From: Schmidtea nova | Lineage: Eukaryota | DNA length: 64,000 nt | Reading direction: 5' to 3' | Assembly: GCA_044892505.1 (NCBI GenBank) | Contig: CM097882.1 | Location: 60,574,001 to 60,638,000, forward strand | Part shown: positions 48,790 through 61,694 of the stretch, piece by piece | Position numbering within the stretch: position 1 is the first letter of the stretch | How the letters are laid out: every line of letters starts with the position of its first letter | The notes under the pieces: model-generated | Told to the model about the DNA's origin: nothing | Databases searched by the model: none | What the model saw: only the letters and a program-made list of their open reading frames with translations | Program-made: the position numbers and the translations under genes

Positions 48790-51700
48790 TATTAGGTTGA
48801 TTATTAATTTTCTTATTCACAAATTAAAAACACGCTTTCGTTCAATAAAATATCTATTATTAAAACAAATATTTTTCTTTTTTAATTATCTCGGAGAACA
48901 TTAATATAAATAATACTTTGAGCAATTTCAACATTCATACACAACATATACATACTGTAACACCCATACTGGATTTTATAATATATAATTAATTTATCAA
49001 TTTCATCTCGCATCCCCCTCCCTTTTATTTTCAATTATTTGCTTATATGGTATCGCTTAAGCCATTCGATATTTCTAATCAAGATTTTATCATTTGGCAT
49101 TTTTATTTTATATCTCCTATCATGGTTCTTTTCTATTACTTCACATGGACCATCAAACCTATCGTCGTATTTCGTTCTTACGTCCTTTTTAACTAAAACT
49201 AGATCCCCAATCGAGAACTCGAGGTTTATTCTTGTCGATTTGTTATATATCAATTTGTCTTCATTTAAGCGTAATTTTGAATCTAGAATCTCTCTTCTTT
49301 TGTTTTGTTCTTTCATATAATCAATCACTTCCATTTTGCCAAAAACTGTTGAAGGCCATTCTCTGTAAATTTTCTTTCCAAAAACTACTGCTGGACTGAA
49401 TCCAATTGTGTTTTGAATTGTTGAATTTAACATGAACTCTACTTCTGGTAATTTATCGGCTCAATTACTGTTATGCATTTTATCTTTTATTGATATTTGA
49501 ATAGCATCTCTAATAGTTCTAAATTGTCTTTCAATCACGCCGTTTGCCGAATGATGATATGGGCTACTATATTTTATCTCCATTTTATGTGTTCCTGTAA
49601 GTGTTTTTATTACGTTAGATTCAAACGTTTTAGCTTTATCAAAATATATCAATTTTGGTGCTCCAAATCTTAAAATCCAATTATCTTTAATTACCTTTGC
49701 AGTGGTATTTTCATCTTGTCTTGCTATAGCATTCAAAGAAATATATCTACTAAATTGATCAATTATTGCAAGAATGTATTTTTTCCATTAACTGTCGTTT
49801 TGAATGATCCACAAATGTCTACAAATACAACTTCAAATAATTCTGGTATTCTTTGTTTCATTATCATTTCTTTCGTGCGTGTGGTAACAGATTTTTTTTG
49901 ACATTGTTCACAACTTTGAACAACATTCTTAATATTTTCCAATTTATTTTCCATATCAAACTTCTGTGATATATAATCATTTACCTTCCTCACTCCAGTA
50001 TGACAAAGTGTACGATGCGTATATTCTATAAAATTCTTTACGTTGTCATTTGGTATCCATATTTTGTCTTTCATTGTTTTTATAACCTCATCTTCAACTT
50101 TTAACCCTAAATTTTTATCGTAGTTAATCTGTTTCTTTATAATTAATAGATCTTTTGAATTCTTTTGCCATGTTGAACCATTGTCTCCTAGCATGAGAGC
50201 TAATATTCTTCTCTTTAATCTCCCTTTCTTTGGTTCTTCGTGAATGGTCTGACATTGTACGCAAATCACGCAGTCTTTCCTTGACAATGCATCAGCATTA
50301 CTATGTAGGTCACCCTTTCTGTATTCCAATTTCATATCTAAACTACTTAAATGATTTATCCATGTTTGGAAATGTGGTGTTATTGGTTTTTTAGTTTTTA
50401 TCATAAAAGTTATAGCTTTGTGGTCTGTTCTAATCCGAAATCGTTTACCATATAAATATTGCTTAAAATGCAATGTAAAATAGTAAATCGCAAGCTGTTC
50501 TTTTCTAGTAATGCAGTAACCTAATTCGTGGGTGTTCATCGCATGAGAGCCATAAGCTATCACTCTTTCATTTCCACTAGCATCTAACTGTGATAATATC
50601 GCTCCTATCCTATCAAAACTGGCATCGGTATCTAAAATGAATTCTTTCGAAAAATCAGGAAATGCCGAAATCGGGGATAACATTAATTTTTCTTTAAAGT
50701 TTTGAAAAGCTATTTCACATTCGTCTGTTCAAATCAATTTCGTTTGGTTGCTTCCGCAAAGTTTTTCTAGATCTTTTGAATATTTCGAATAATTTTCTAT
50801 GAATCTTCTATAATAATTAGTTAAACCAAGGAAGCTCCTTAACTTCTTCAAACATTTCGGTCTCTCGTATTGTTTAATTGCCTCCATCTGCTATCATCTG
50901 TTCTTATACCATTTTTGTTAATAATGTGTCATAAAAATTTGATTTCTTCTTTCATGAAGTTGCACTTATTCATACTCAATTTTAATCCAGCTTCTTTTAT
51001 TCGATTTAGAACATTTCTAACTCTCATTACGTGCTCTTCTTTTGTATATATCATCTAGATATGCAACAGCTTCTTTCCAGTTTAAGGTTCCTGATACCCT
51101 GTTCATTAATTTCTGGAAAGTTGCAGGTGCTGCTGCGATTCCAAAGGGCATACGATTAAAGCAATATTGTTCGTTCTTTGTTGAGAATGCGGTTTTTATC
51201 TTTGAAAGTTCATCTAATTCTACTTGATAAAAAGCATTACCTAAATCTAAAGTTGTAAAATAAATATCCATCATTTCTTCGGTGCTTGGTATTTGAAAAA
51301 TCGATCTTTCGGTTACTAAATTTAATTCCCGAAAATCTAAACAGATGCGAATATCATCTTTACCTTTCTTTTTTACACATACAAGAGGAGAGTTCCATGC
51401 AGATTCACATTTCTCGATAATTCCATACTTTTCCATTTATTTTATATTTTGATCTATTTGCTCTATCAAATGTATTGGTTGGCGACGTGGATTTATTACC
51501 ACCAGTGGTCCTTCAGAATTAATGTTATGTTTAACTAACGTTGTTAAACCAATATCCCATTTATGTTTCATAAATTTTGGATCGAATTCTTTCAAAATAT
51601 TTTGAATTTCATGATCTAACGTTAGAACATTATTTTGATTAGTATTTTCTTCAATGTAAGCAATCTCATCTTTATTTTTATTTTTCCGTAAAAATATCTT

Positions 51701-53501
51701 GAATTTATTTAAAAAGTTAATTCCTTCTATCATTTTTGGTATTACTCCATTTGTTACGTAAAAATCTATTATTTTAGAAGAGTTTCATATTTTTACTTTT
51801 ATCATTGCTTTTCCAATAACCTTAATCGGGCTCCCATTCGCACTTTTCACTTCTATGTCACTTTTGTCTATTTTAATTTCTCTAATGTTTTTTATTATTT
51901 CATATTCAATCACACTTATCTTTGCACCAGTATCTAACATACACCTGCTTATATTATTATTAATTTCTACTTCCACACTGGGCCTACCACCCATATAATT
52001 ATACGATATATTTGACCTAATGAACTCTTTAATAACACAAATTTCAGTACCTATTCTATTAGTTTGTTTATTGTCCTTTAGACGTGATTCTTTATTTATA
52101 TTGTTATAAATATTATTATTATTATTATTATTCAAATTATCTACAATTACATTACATTCATTAAAATCAATATCATTCACACAATTACAATAATTCAATT
52201 TCATACATACATTGCTCAAAATATTACTTACATTTAATTTGTTGCTTCAACCACCTCTCCTTGTGATGGAGCATATCCGTTTGCGTCATCCTCTTTTATT
52301 GATCGTTCGTAGTCCTCTCCAATTATCGCAACGTGTCGATTTTTCTAGAATCGGTTCTCTGTCGACACATCATAGCATTGGTACTTGAAATGGCCTCTCT
52401 TGTGGTAATGACTGCATTGTACATTCGGATCGTATGTGTCCTTCTTCTCTACATGCCCAACACTTCCTGGGTCTTGTATCTGTTCTTTAATTTCTGTAGT
52501 TATCTCTATTTTGGTTATAATAATTGTTGTCGCTTTGTTGTCGGTTATTGAATGTTCTATCATTGTTGAATAGGGGTTTATATTCTTGTTTTCTAAATTT
52601 ATCTTGATCTGGCTGCTGCCACCTTTGTTGAAATTCGGATTCTTGCCTTGTATCGTCTTTGTATTTCATTTTTGAATCGAAACGATTCCCATTATTTCGT
52701 TGCCATGATTGACCAGATCTTATATTGGCTACATATCTGTTCTTCTTTTGTATTACGGCTACACTTTCTGCTTCGATTTCTTTCTTGACCTTATCGTTTC
52801 TCGTTATTCTTACTTTGATTTCTTCGAATGTAGACAAACCTTGCATTTTTAAATCTTTCTTTAATTCTTGATCGTCTAATGCATTTTGAATCAGGAAAAT
52901 TTTAAAATCTTCTTCTTGAAGTTTGTGACGTAAAATATTTTTTGCTAATCTTTCAACTTTCCTAAAGAATTCGGCTGTTGTATCTTCTCCTCGGCGATAA
53001 GATAACGCCTTATTTAGGTCGTTTCCTAAGTTACTCGCACTTGTACGCGCTGATTGCATTCTCGTTTTAAAATTTTCTTCGTGTTCTGTTTCCTCATATT
53101 TTCTTGTTACTTCTATTGATAAAAAAGCTTTACAAAAATGCCTCTGTGCTCTTCAGCCGTCTGTGTCAATTCAAAAAATCTTCCTGTTTCTACAATAAAT
53201 TTATTGATATCATTTCCTAGCTCAAATATTTCTGGAGGTCTGATAAATTGTAGCATTGGCGTGGTCGCCATATTAGGTTGATTATTAATTTTCTTATTCA
53301 TAAATTAAAAACACGTTTTCGTTAAATAAAATATCTATTATTAAAACAAATATTTTTCTTTTTTAATTATCTCGGAGAATATATATATATTAATATAAAC
53401 AATACTTTGAGCAATTTCAACATTCATACACAACATATACATACTGTAACACTCATACTGATTTTTATAATATATAATTAATTTATCAATTTCATCTCAT
53501 A
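48790..53501 (-). mobile_element. Full-length but decayed Ty3/gypsy retrotransposon (4.7 kb; gag-CCHC, protease, RT, RNase H, integrase)
   Basis: LTRs 53501-53271 and 49012-48790 (about 223-231 bp, diverged), PBS TGGCGACCACG directly after the 5' LTR, PPT gaaaataaaagggaggggga before the 3' LTR, and atgtt on both flanks (48785-48789, 53502-53506). Motifs MLDTGA, YLDD, LDTDASFDRIG, THRTLCHTG...CEQC, FVDICG, ANGVIER. Multiple stops and frameshifts. Confidence 0.93.
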
Positions 53502-53945
53502 ATGTTATTAAAAATCTTTTTCGCACCGTTGTCAGAATAAAATCGATTGAAAAATCAATTTTTGGAGATTTTATTTTCAAGATTTTATTTAAAAATATAA
53601 TTCAGCTCAATGAAGAATTGTCAAAAGATCAAAACTTATCAATCAAATTTGTTAGGGTTATACAAATTACAAATTTTCAAAATCAATCAAAATCAATTAA
53701 AAAGTTCAAAAATATAAAAATCAATAATTTTCAAGGGGAGTGGTAGCCGGTGCCAAATGAAATGACGAAGACGAAGATACTAATTGTAAATCAATCGGAG
53801 ATATATTGAAGGGCCAGGAACTCAAAAACAAATCAATTAATTAATTAAATTATTTTATGGCAAGCCCAATAATCAAAATTGTTATTGTAAAAATAAATTT
53901 AATGGGCTGTCCGGAATTAAGCAAATCTGCAATAAATGGCCCGAT

Positions 53946-54030
53946 CAAAATTTGAGGATTTAAAATAACACGAGTGGTATAGAAAACCCGAGTGGTATAG
54001 TAAACTCGAGTGGTAAAGAAAACCCTATTG
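53946..54030 (+). repeat. 18-bp tandem array (aac(a/c/t)cgagtggta(t/a)ag(a/t)a, about 3 copies) within a repeat that recurs, diverged, at about 55230-55480
   Basis: Period-18 repeats at about 53968-54027; related aa(g/a)cccgag units at about 55360-55425; similar upstream context (gtgccaaat...aattaattaat...atgg(c/a)aagccc). Confidence 0.6.
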
Positions 54031-57000
54031 GTCATAAAAATTATCTAATTACCGGGAAAAAATTAGAAAGACAAATAACCCAACCAAATAAATTATCGGG
54101 AAACCCGTGGTTAAAAAGGAAAACTTGAGAGATAATGGGAACCAGAATGCATTCTATTAGATAAACACTATAAGAAGAGAAATCAAAGTAATTATTCTCC
54201 TCAGTTGATCGACGTGACGTTAAAAATTTTAGAAGTAAAAAGAATAATAAAACAGAGTAGCAGCATCAATAAATTTAATCTATTCTGTGTACACTGTACA
54301 GAAAATGGAATTTTATATTAGGCTGTTCAGCCTAGCGCAGCGAGAATGTAGATAAAGTATAATTAGCAAATTTATAAAATGTCTGTGTTGAATGATTTGT
54401 TTAATGTTAAATAAAGAGCACGAAGACGTGCTTTTGGAAATAAACCCAACAAATGTATTTTATTACGTGATAATGACGATAAAACATATATGTGATATAA
54501 TTATGTGTGCTATGTAATGCCAAATTCACAATGGATGAGGAATGCTATTTTCTCAATTCGTTCTTCAAAATTCATACATAATAATTCTTTAACCAACCAG
54601 TGCAACTATCACATCGATATTTATAAGGATTTAGTGTACAATTCAAATCTCAAGCAAATGTCAAGCATAATTGATATTCTTTAAAATATAAAAATACACA
54701 ATAATTTAATACATTATCAATCAGGACTCAAATGATCCTGCTAAATGACCATAATTGTCTATTTAAAATAATTATGGTCATTTATATTAAATTAAAAATA
54801 ATTAAACTAAATTAAAACATGTACGAAAATAATTATTGATGATACTATTATTATAGAAAGTTTTGGCTTCAAAATAAAACAACAACTGTTTTTTTCTTAT
54901 TTTTAACAATCATAAAACTAATACAAAATTAATATTAAAAATTAATATATACTTTTAATTATTTTTAAAATATTGGTGATCTAATAAATATTTAAAATTC
55001 GGTCTTTTATTCGTATTGGGTTCAATGCATTTTTAAAAAATTTATTTAAAACAAAAGAGAATCTCGAAATTACAAGTTGTCTTATAAAAATGAATTTAGA
55101 TATTTTTAGTATTTTTATTGAGATTTCACACACATGTAGGAAATAGAACAAAATAGAACAAATCACAAAATAATAAAAATGCAAAAATTAATTAAAATTT
55201 ATCAAAAAAATAAAATGAATATTGATCGGGGAAATAGGTATGGTTGAGTGCCAAATCAAACGAAAAATCCATTAATAATAATACAAATTTAGTTAAGGGT
55301 CCCCGGAGAGAGTTAAAATGAGATAACAAACAAATTAATTAATATTTAATCAATAATGGAAAGCCCGAGTCAATAGGAAACCCGAGCGATGAGGAAAACC
55401 TGGAGTGCATTCGAAACCCGAAAGATCAAAATTTGGGTAATTATTAAAAATTAAAGATAAAATCCACCCGAGCGCTAGTAAGGAATGGACAATTTAATTG
55501 TTATTGACCCAATTAGGCCCAAAGATTTTCAGCATTTTTAGATAATTATCTTCTCGATAATCGTATAAAAAGAGAACTCAAAAGAGACGAGCCGCCAGTT
55601 GGTCGAAAAGAATTAAAATAAACTTTCAAAAAGAAATTCTTTAGGAGAGTTAAGATTGGGAGGTATGAAGCAATTATAATAAAACTTTACTCAATGAAAC
55701 GTACCAGAAAAGGCAGAAAAGTTATCTGCCTTAACTTTAAATCAAATTTAAAAAACGAAAGAAAGTGCAAATTATTGTGAAAGTGTAAATTGTATCGATT
55801 CAATAAATTGGAATTAAAGACAAATTGTAATTTTTTGTGACAGTCAAATAAAATTATTATGTGTTGGGTATTATTGATTTTGATATAGGTAAAAGGACAC
55901 GATGAGTAAGAGTTTGAACCGATCTAGTTTTAAATATAATAACTCAACATTTTCGTGAAAGAATTCTTTATGAAAGACAAAGGTTGTGAGAGAAAATTGA
56001 AAAGTGTTTGGCTGGTAGAATCGAGAATAAAAATTTGATTAAACGCATCAAAATAAAAGGTACGAAAAAAATAAAAACTAATTCAAAGCGCACGATAATA
56101 CATAAAAGCATTAAGCAGCAAAATAGCACCAAAGTATATAGAATATTAAAACGCAAATAGTAGTCATATGAATCGCACTCCATAAGTTGATCGAGTTAGG
56201 AAGAAAACGATAGAAAATAGGCATCTTAAAAGAGAGCCCACAATTTGAGTGCAGGTCGGATTAACATACGAAGGACCGCACGAGAATTGAATGAGGAAGA
56301 TCATTGGTTGTATAGTGAATACAAAATAGTATAATCAAAGAATAAAATGGATATTCAAATAAAGAGAACAATTTAATAAAAAGAAAAAGAAATCCCCATT
56401 GAAATATCGTAAAAATAACAGAGATAGGAATAAAAATAAAATTGAAATTAAATTTGATTGTTTTAATTAATCATTTAACGCGTGAAAAAGTAGATACATA
56501 CATCATTTAATGGAACTAAAAATAAAAAAATTAATTACAAAATTAAAATTACGGAGAATAGATAAATAACCATTTATTAAAATAAATAAGTTAAATATTA
56601 AAATAAATATACGAATTAAATTAATAATACTCGTATTTAACAAGCACAATGCATAGGCCTTATTTAGAATTAGCATAAATAGACGCTGAAAAGTCATAAC
56701 TTTAACCATTAACCATAATTTCTTGGATAGACAGTTGTTCAACTTGTTCACATTTTTAACGAATAATGATTCTACTAGTCAGTACCAGTTCATTGTGTTT
56801 TATTACTGAACCAGAACGATTTACAAGACTTTTTAAGAGCTAATTGATTTTGCTGTATAGTGTAAAAACAATGGAGAAATAAAAGTGAATTTTCTTTGTT
56901 ATTTTGATTTTATTATTTTAAGTATTGAGTAAACACTCATGATGTTTTCTCCCATAAATTAAATTGTATAGTTACAACCTTTGTGGTAAAAGCCACGAGG

Positions 57001-57846
57001 TTAAAGCCCAAACCGTCGTGGTTCTCAGAGTTATGCGAGCGGTGAGATCGAGCATATTAACTTTCAAATATTTTCAATCAGGTTAAAGAAAGAATTCGAA
57101 GATGCTTGTTTGAATTATGATTTTAGTTTCATTCTCTGTTCAATTTGATTTAAGTACTGATTATTAGACCGTGCGCCAGTCGAGTGTTAGTGTAAGTCGT
57201 GGTATATAATTAAAAGGGTAAATTTGAAGTCATTTAAGAGTAGGCTTAAGTAGTCTGGGGATATAGGCAGGATGATTATTCAGATGTTTTTGGAATAAAT
57301 AAGCATAGATCTGCGAAATAGTAAAGTAATAGAAAGCTATGAAATAATTATGCCGTAGGCCCGTATAATAGATTGCAGGCGTTGAAATAAAGGGAAAAAA
57401 GTTGAAAAGACAACCGAAATTTCTTAAAATTCTAGTGTCAAGAGTCAAGACATAATTAAAACAAAAAGTAAAATTTAAAATTGTAATAATTTAAAATTTA
57501 GACGAGAAAAGGTTGTACAAAAAAAATTATAATCAGCGAAATAAGAAACAATCAGGAAATATGGCGAGTAATTTAAATAACAATGATAGAATAACTGTCA
57601 GCGACTGCCAGTGGATCAATATGGATCAATATTGATCAACTTTTAAGCCTCATTTAATTTCAAACAATCACCCTACTCATCAGGTTGTTAGCCAGTTGCC
57701 TTGTGGCTCATGCTAATATTGCCAATGAATAACAAAAAAATATCAAATTTTAATTTTTTTATTTAAAAAAAATCTAAAAGTTTCGTTATGAATTAAACTT
57801 TCAAATTAAGTGATGATTAATCATAATAAATTAAAACAGAATTTAC

Positions 57847-60800
57847 TTGAATCTAGAATTGAATTTATTTCTGAAGGATAAAATCCCGGAGGTAAAATAT
57901 TTGTAGAATTTGTAGACATCAGTTGATCATTTGTAGACCGAATTTCACGTGAGTTGAAGTCAATGGTACTCAGAGGTTGGCAATTGAGCTTCCCTTTTTT
58001 AATTTCAGTAATTACCGCTGGTTCCCATTTTGTTTCACCTTTCAATAAAAGTATCATTCCAGGACGAAAATGAAAAGCTCCAACGACCTTTATTTCTTTT
58101 TAAATATGAAATAGAAAATATTGTTGTTACCCCGGCATCGAGTGATGAAATAATTAATTTTAAATTTTCTGAGTTATCTTCTTCCGGAGTCACTTTTATT
58201 CGAATTTGGATATTCGCATTATGTATTAAATCAAATTTTCCAAAGAAAGTGTGATTTTTCTTTATTTTCATGATATCCATTTCGGGATTTTCAGTCTGTT
58301 AATTTTTATTTATATAATTTTATATTGTTAGATTATTAGTATGAAACTAAAATTAAAATTTAAAAATAATAAAGAAATAATATTCTTAACGTTCAATTGC
58401 GTAATTGATATAGAAAATAAAACTTAGTTTAGAAAATATTTTCGGAACAATGAAGATCATGATTTCCTGAAAGTAGATTGACAGTTAAATAAAATTAATG
58501 TGACTTATAGAGATACTTTATAAGGCCTTTCTTAAAGGAATTGGCGAAAGATTTAGAAATTATTGAAACAAAAAATGATACAAAATTCTTTCATTCAACT
58601 ATTATTAATTATCAACCCTTTCAGGACGGGCATACTATATATAGTAAGTCAAATATCTTGAGAACGGATTAACAATTTTTTTTATTTAGGAATCGTTTGA
58701 AAGATAATTAAAAGATGCACATTTTGATATATAGCATGACCTACTTTGAAAAAATTAAAAAATTTTGATATTTTTTCCTATTGTAAAATCATATCCTGTT
58801 CAAAAAATCAATATATTGAGAAGATTTTATAAAAAAAGTTTTATTTTGAATTTTATATCTGCAATGGATAATTCTAACTCTACTATTACTGAAATTTTTT
58901 GTGATGAAGATTCTGGTTCTGAAACTGAAATCGAAGATTATTCTGATTCAGATAGTGAAGATGAATCAAATTTATCAAGTTCAGACTGGTTCGATGGTCA
59001 TTTTCAACCTAAACAATGGAATTTTACATCTAATCCAGGTGTAAATTCAGAAATTCAATTAGATTGTTTTTTTCAATTGATTATTTTGAACATTTCTTAG
59101 ATGAAGAATTTATAAATGATATTGTTATTCAAACAAATACTTATCATCAACAGTGTTCACATCAAGAATATTCAAATAGTGATCATTGGTATGATACAAG
59201 TTCGAGTGAAATGTATGTGTTTATCGGTGTAATCCTGCTAATGTTAATAGGGAAAAAGCCGTGTATAAAAGATTATTGGTCAACAAATCCATTACTTGAA
59301 GCTTCGATGATACCTAAGATTTTTACAAGAGATAGATTCTTAGCTATACTTCGCTATTTTCATTTGAGTAAAACACGTGTTGGTAGACCAAGAATATCTG
59401 ATCCTCTTCGTTTATCTTCAAAACTTTCTTTCTTTCATTGAAAAGAACAATCAGAACACTACCGGCCAAAGAAAATGCATAGTTTGTACAACAGGATAAA
59501 AAAAACTTGCAAATAAGCGATCAAGATTAATATGTAATGATTGTGATGTTGGGTTGTGTATTGTTGATTGTTTTAAAATTTATCATACAAAAATAAACTT
59601 TTGAATAAAAAACACTTATTTTTTTAAAAACTTTCTTTTAAAAAGTCCCGCCCTTAAAGGGTTTATAATATAAATAATAATAATCATTCTGCTATAAGCA
59701 GAAAAAAATGTAGGATATTCGAGGAAAACATATACACTCAATTGTGACATATTGTCAAAGCTAAAGACATGAAGACAAGAAATGGTGTATTATGTTAATA
59801 TATTTTTGTTCTGTTTAGTTATGCTTTATTTTTAAAATAAAAGTAAAAGAATTTATTTTTTTCTTCAGTTTTGAGCTGTTTTTTATTTATAATTTTGTTT
59901 ATTTTTTTCAGTTTCCAAATTTATATCAATTGGAAAATCGTAAATCCTTTTCCATTTTGGAATCGTTATTACTAAAATCTGTGATTTCTTTCAGCCTATC
60001 TTCCGGTAAACCATATAAATCATCATTTGTTTTACTATTTACAATCGATTGTCTAGTATTTAATTTTCGTAATGAATTCAATTTTTCAGTTAATTTCTCG
60101 TCACTTTGACTCTCGTTATTGAATATCAATACAGATATTTCTCGTGAGCTATTATCTTCTACAAGCATTTCAAATTTTAAATCCATACGATCAGCAACTG
60201 AAGCAACTCAGCAAAAATTCAGATTTGGTTATTAAAAATTGATAGAAATGTCGGTCCCGAATGACGGCCATATTCTATGTTGTCAATGAACACAAAATCT
60301 CTTTGTAAACTTGATCGAATACGACTCTTATAGTTGAAATTGAATAATTGCTAAATTTTTTAAACTTTGCACAGAAAACATTTATTTTTTCAAAATTCAC
60401 AAAAAACTATAATTATTTCCCGACCAAACTTCAAGTGACCAAAAAAAATCTCAAAATAATTCATCAAAACACACACACATATCCACACCAAAACTCAAGA
60501 GCACACATCAAATATAATAAAGATGAAAATACAGAAAAAGAAATGCACACATACATAAAAATTACCAATAATTCTTTGGATTTAAAAATTGCATGACACC
60601 AACATCGAATAAACAACGCAAAGGAAAACCGTACACTAACAACCATCAGAATTGACTTTACATTGTATATAATGTTATATATCATCTTGTATATCAATGT
60701 TATACATTTTATTCAACAAAAATTTTCATCCCTAACTTTTTCCAATTTTATGTGATTAAAATGAATGACAATTTGAAATCTAATTTAGAAAAAACAATTT

Positions 60801-61363
60801 TAACAAAAAAAATCTTTTTCTCGTTAAACTTCAAAGTTTTTTAAACATGTTTGTAAGTATTTGATTTTATTTATTTTTATAAAATCAGTTTTAATAAAGA
60901 TTTGTTAAAATCAGTTTAATAAAGTTAAAACAAAATTTATTCACTGAATAGGTAAATGTAAATCAATGTTAAATGTTTTAATATTAAGTATTAAATAAAG
61001 AATTGAAATTATTTTAAATATTATTTAAAATTATTAAAATGTGCAAAGAATGATCAAAAATATAAGTTTAGACACAATAAATAAAAATTGCTGTGTAAAA
61101 AAATCTTTATTTTCATATATGTTCATCATTTTTTTGGTTATTGATTTGTCTTACTTTGAGCCTCTCAACATGTTCTTTTAGTTTATATTAAGATTATTAA
61201 AATTTATATTTTTTCGTAAATATAATTTTAATCATGAATTATTAAAATATATTAAAATAAACTTATAGATTTTTATATATTGAACTATTTCAACATATCG
61301 CAATCACATGCCAATCATTAACTTGTAAGAATATAATTAATTAAAATAATTAATATAATACAT

Positions 61364-61402
<39 letters not shown>

Positions 61403-61636
61403 CCTTCACTCTGTACGTGTCTGTAACGCTGACCACATTAGACAGTCTACTTACTATAGTAAGTAAATAAAAATTGCAATTTATTAAAATAAATTTATTA
61501 AGTTGATTTATTATCAGCGTCACAGACACATACATACAGTGACAAGGCTTTAAGTATTCAAACTATTTAGCCGTGCTAGCACGGGATAAAGCTTAGTAAT
61601 ATAATAATATAATTAATATAATAATATAATATAACT

Positions 61637-61694
<58 letters not shown>

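Noticed and set aside
53946-54030. CRISPR-like or protein-coding reading of the 18-bp repeats
   Set aside because: The repeats are tandem with no unique spacers, there are no cas genes, the context is eukaryotic, and the frames are closed by nearby stops.
56690-56760. EQLSIQEIMVNG resembling the glutamate-cysteine ligase C-terminus
   Set aside because: It is flanked by stops, with no supporting neighbouring exons or motifs.
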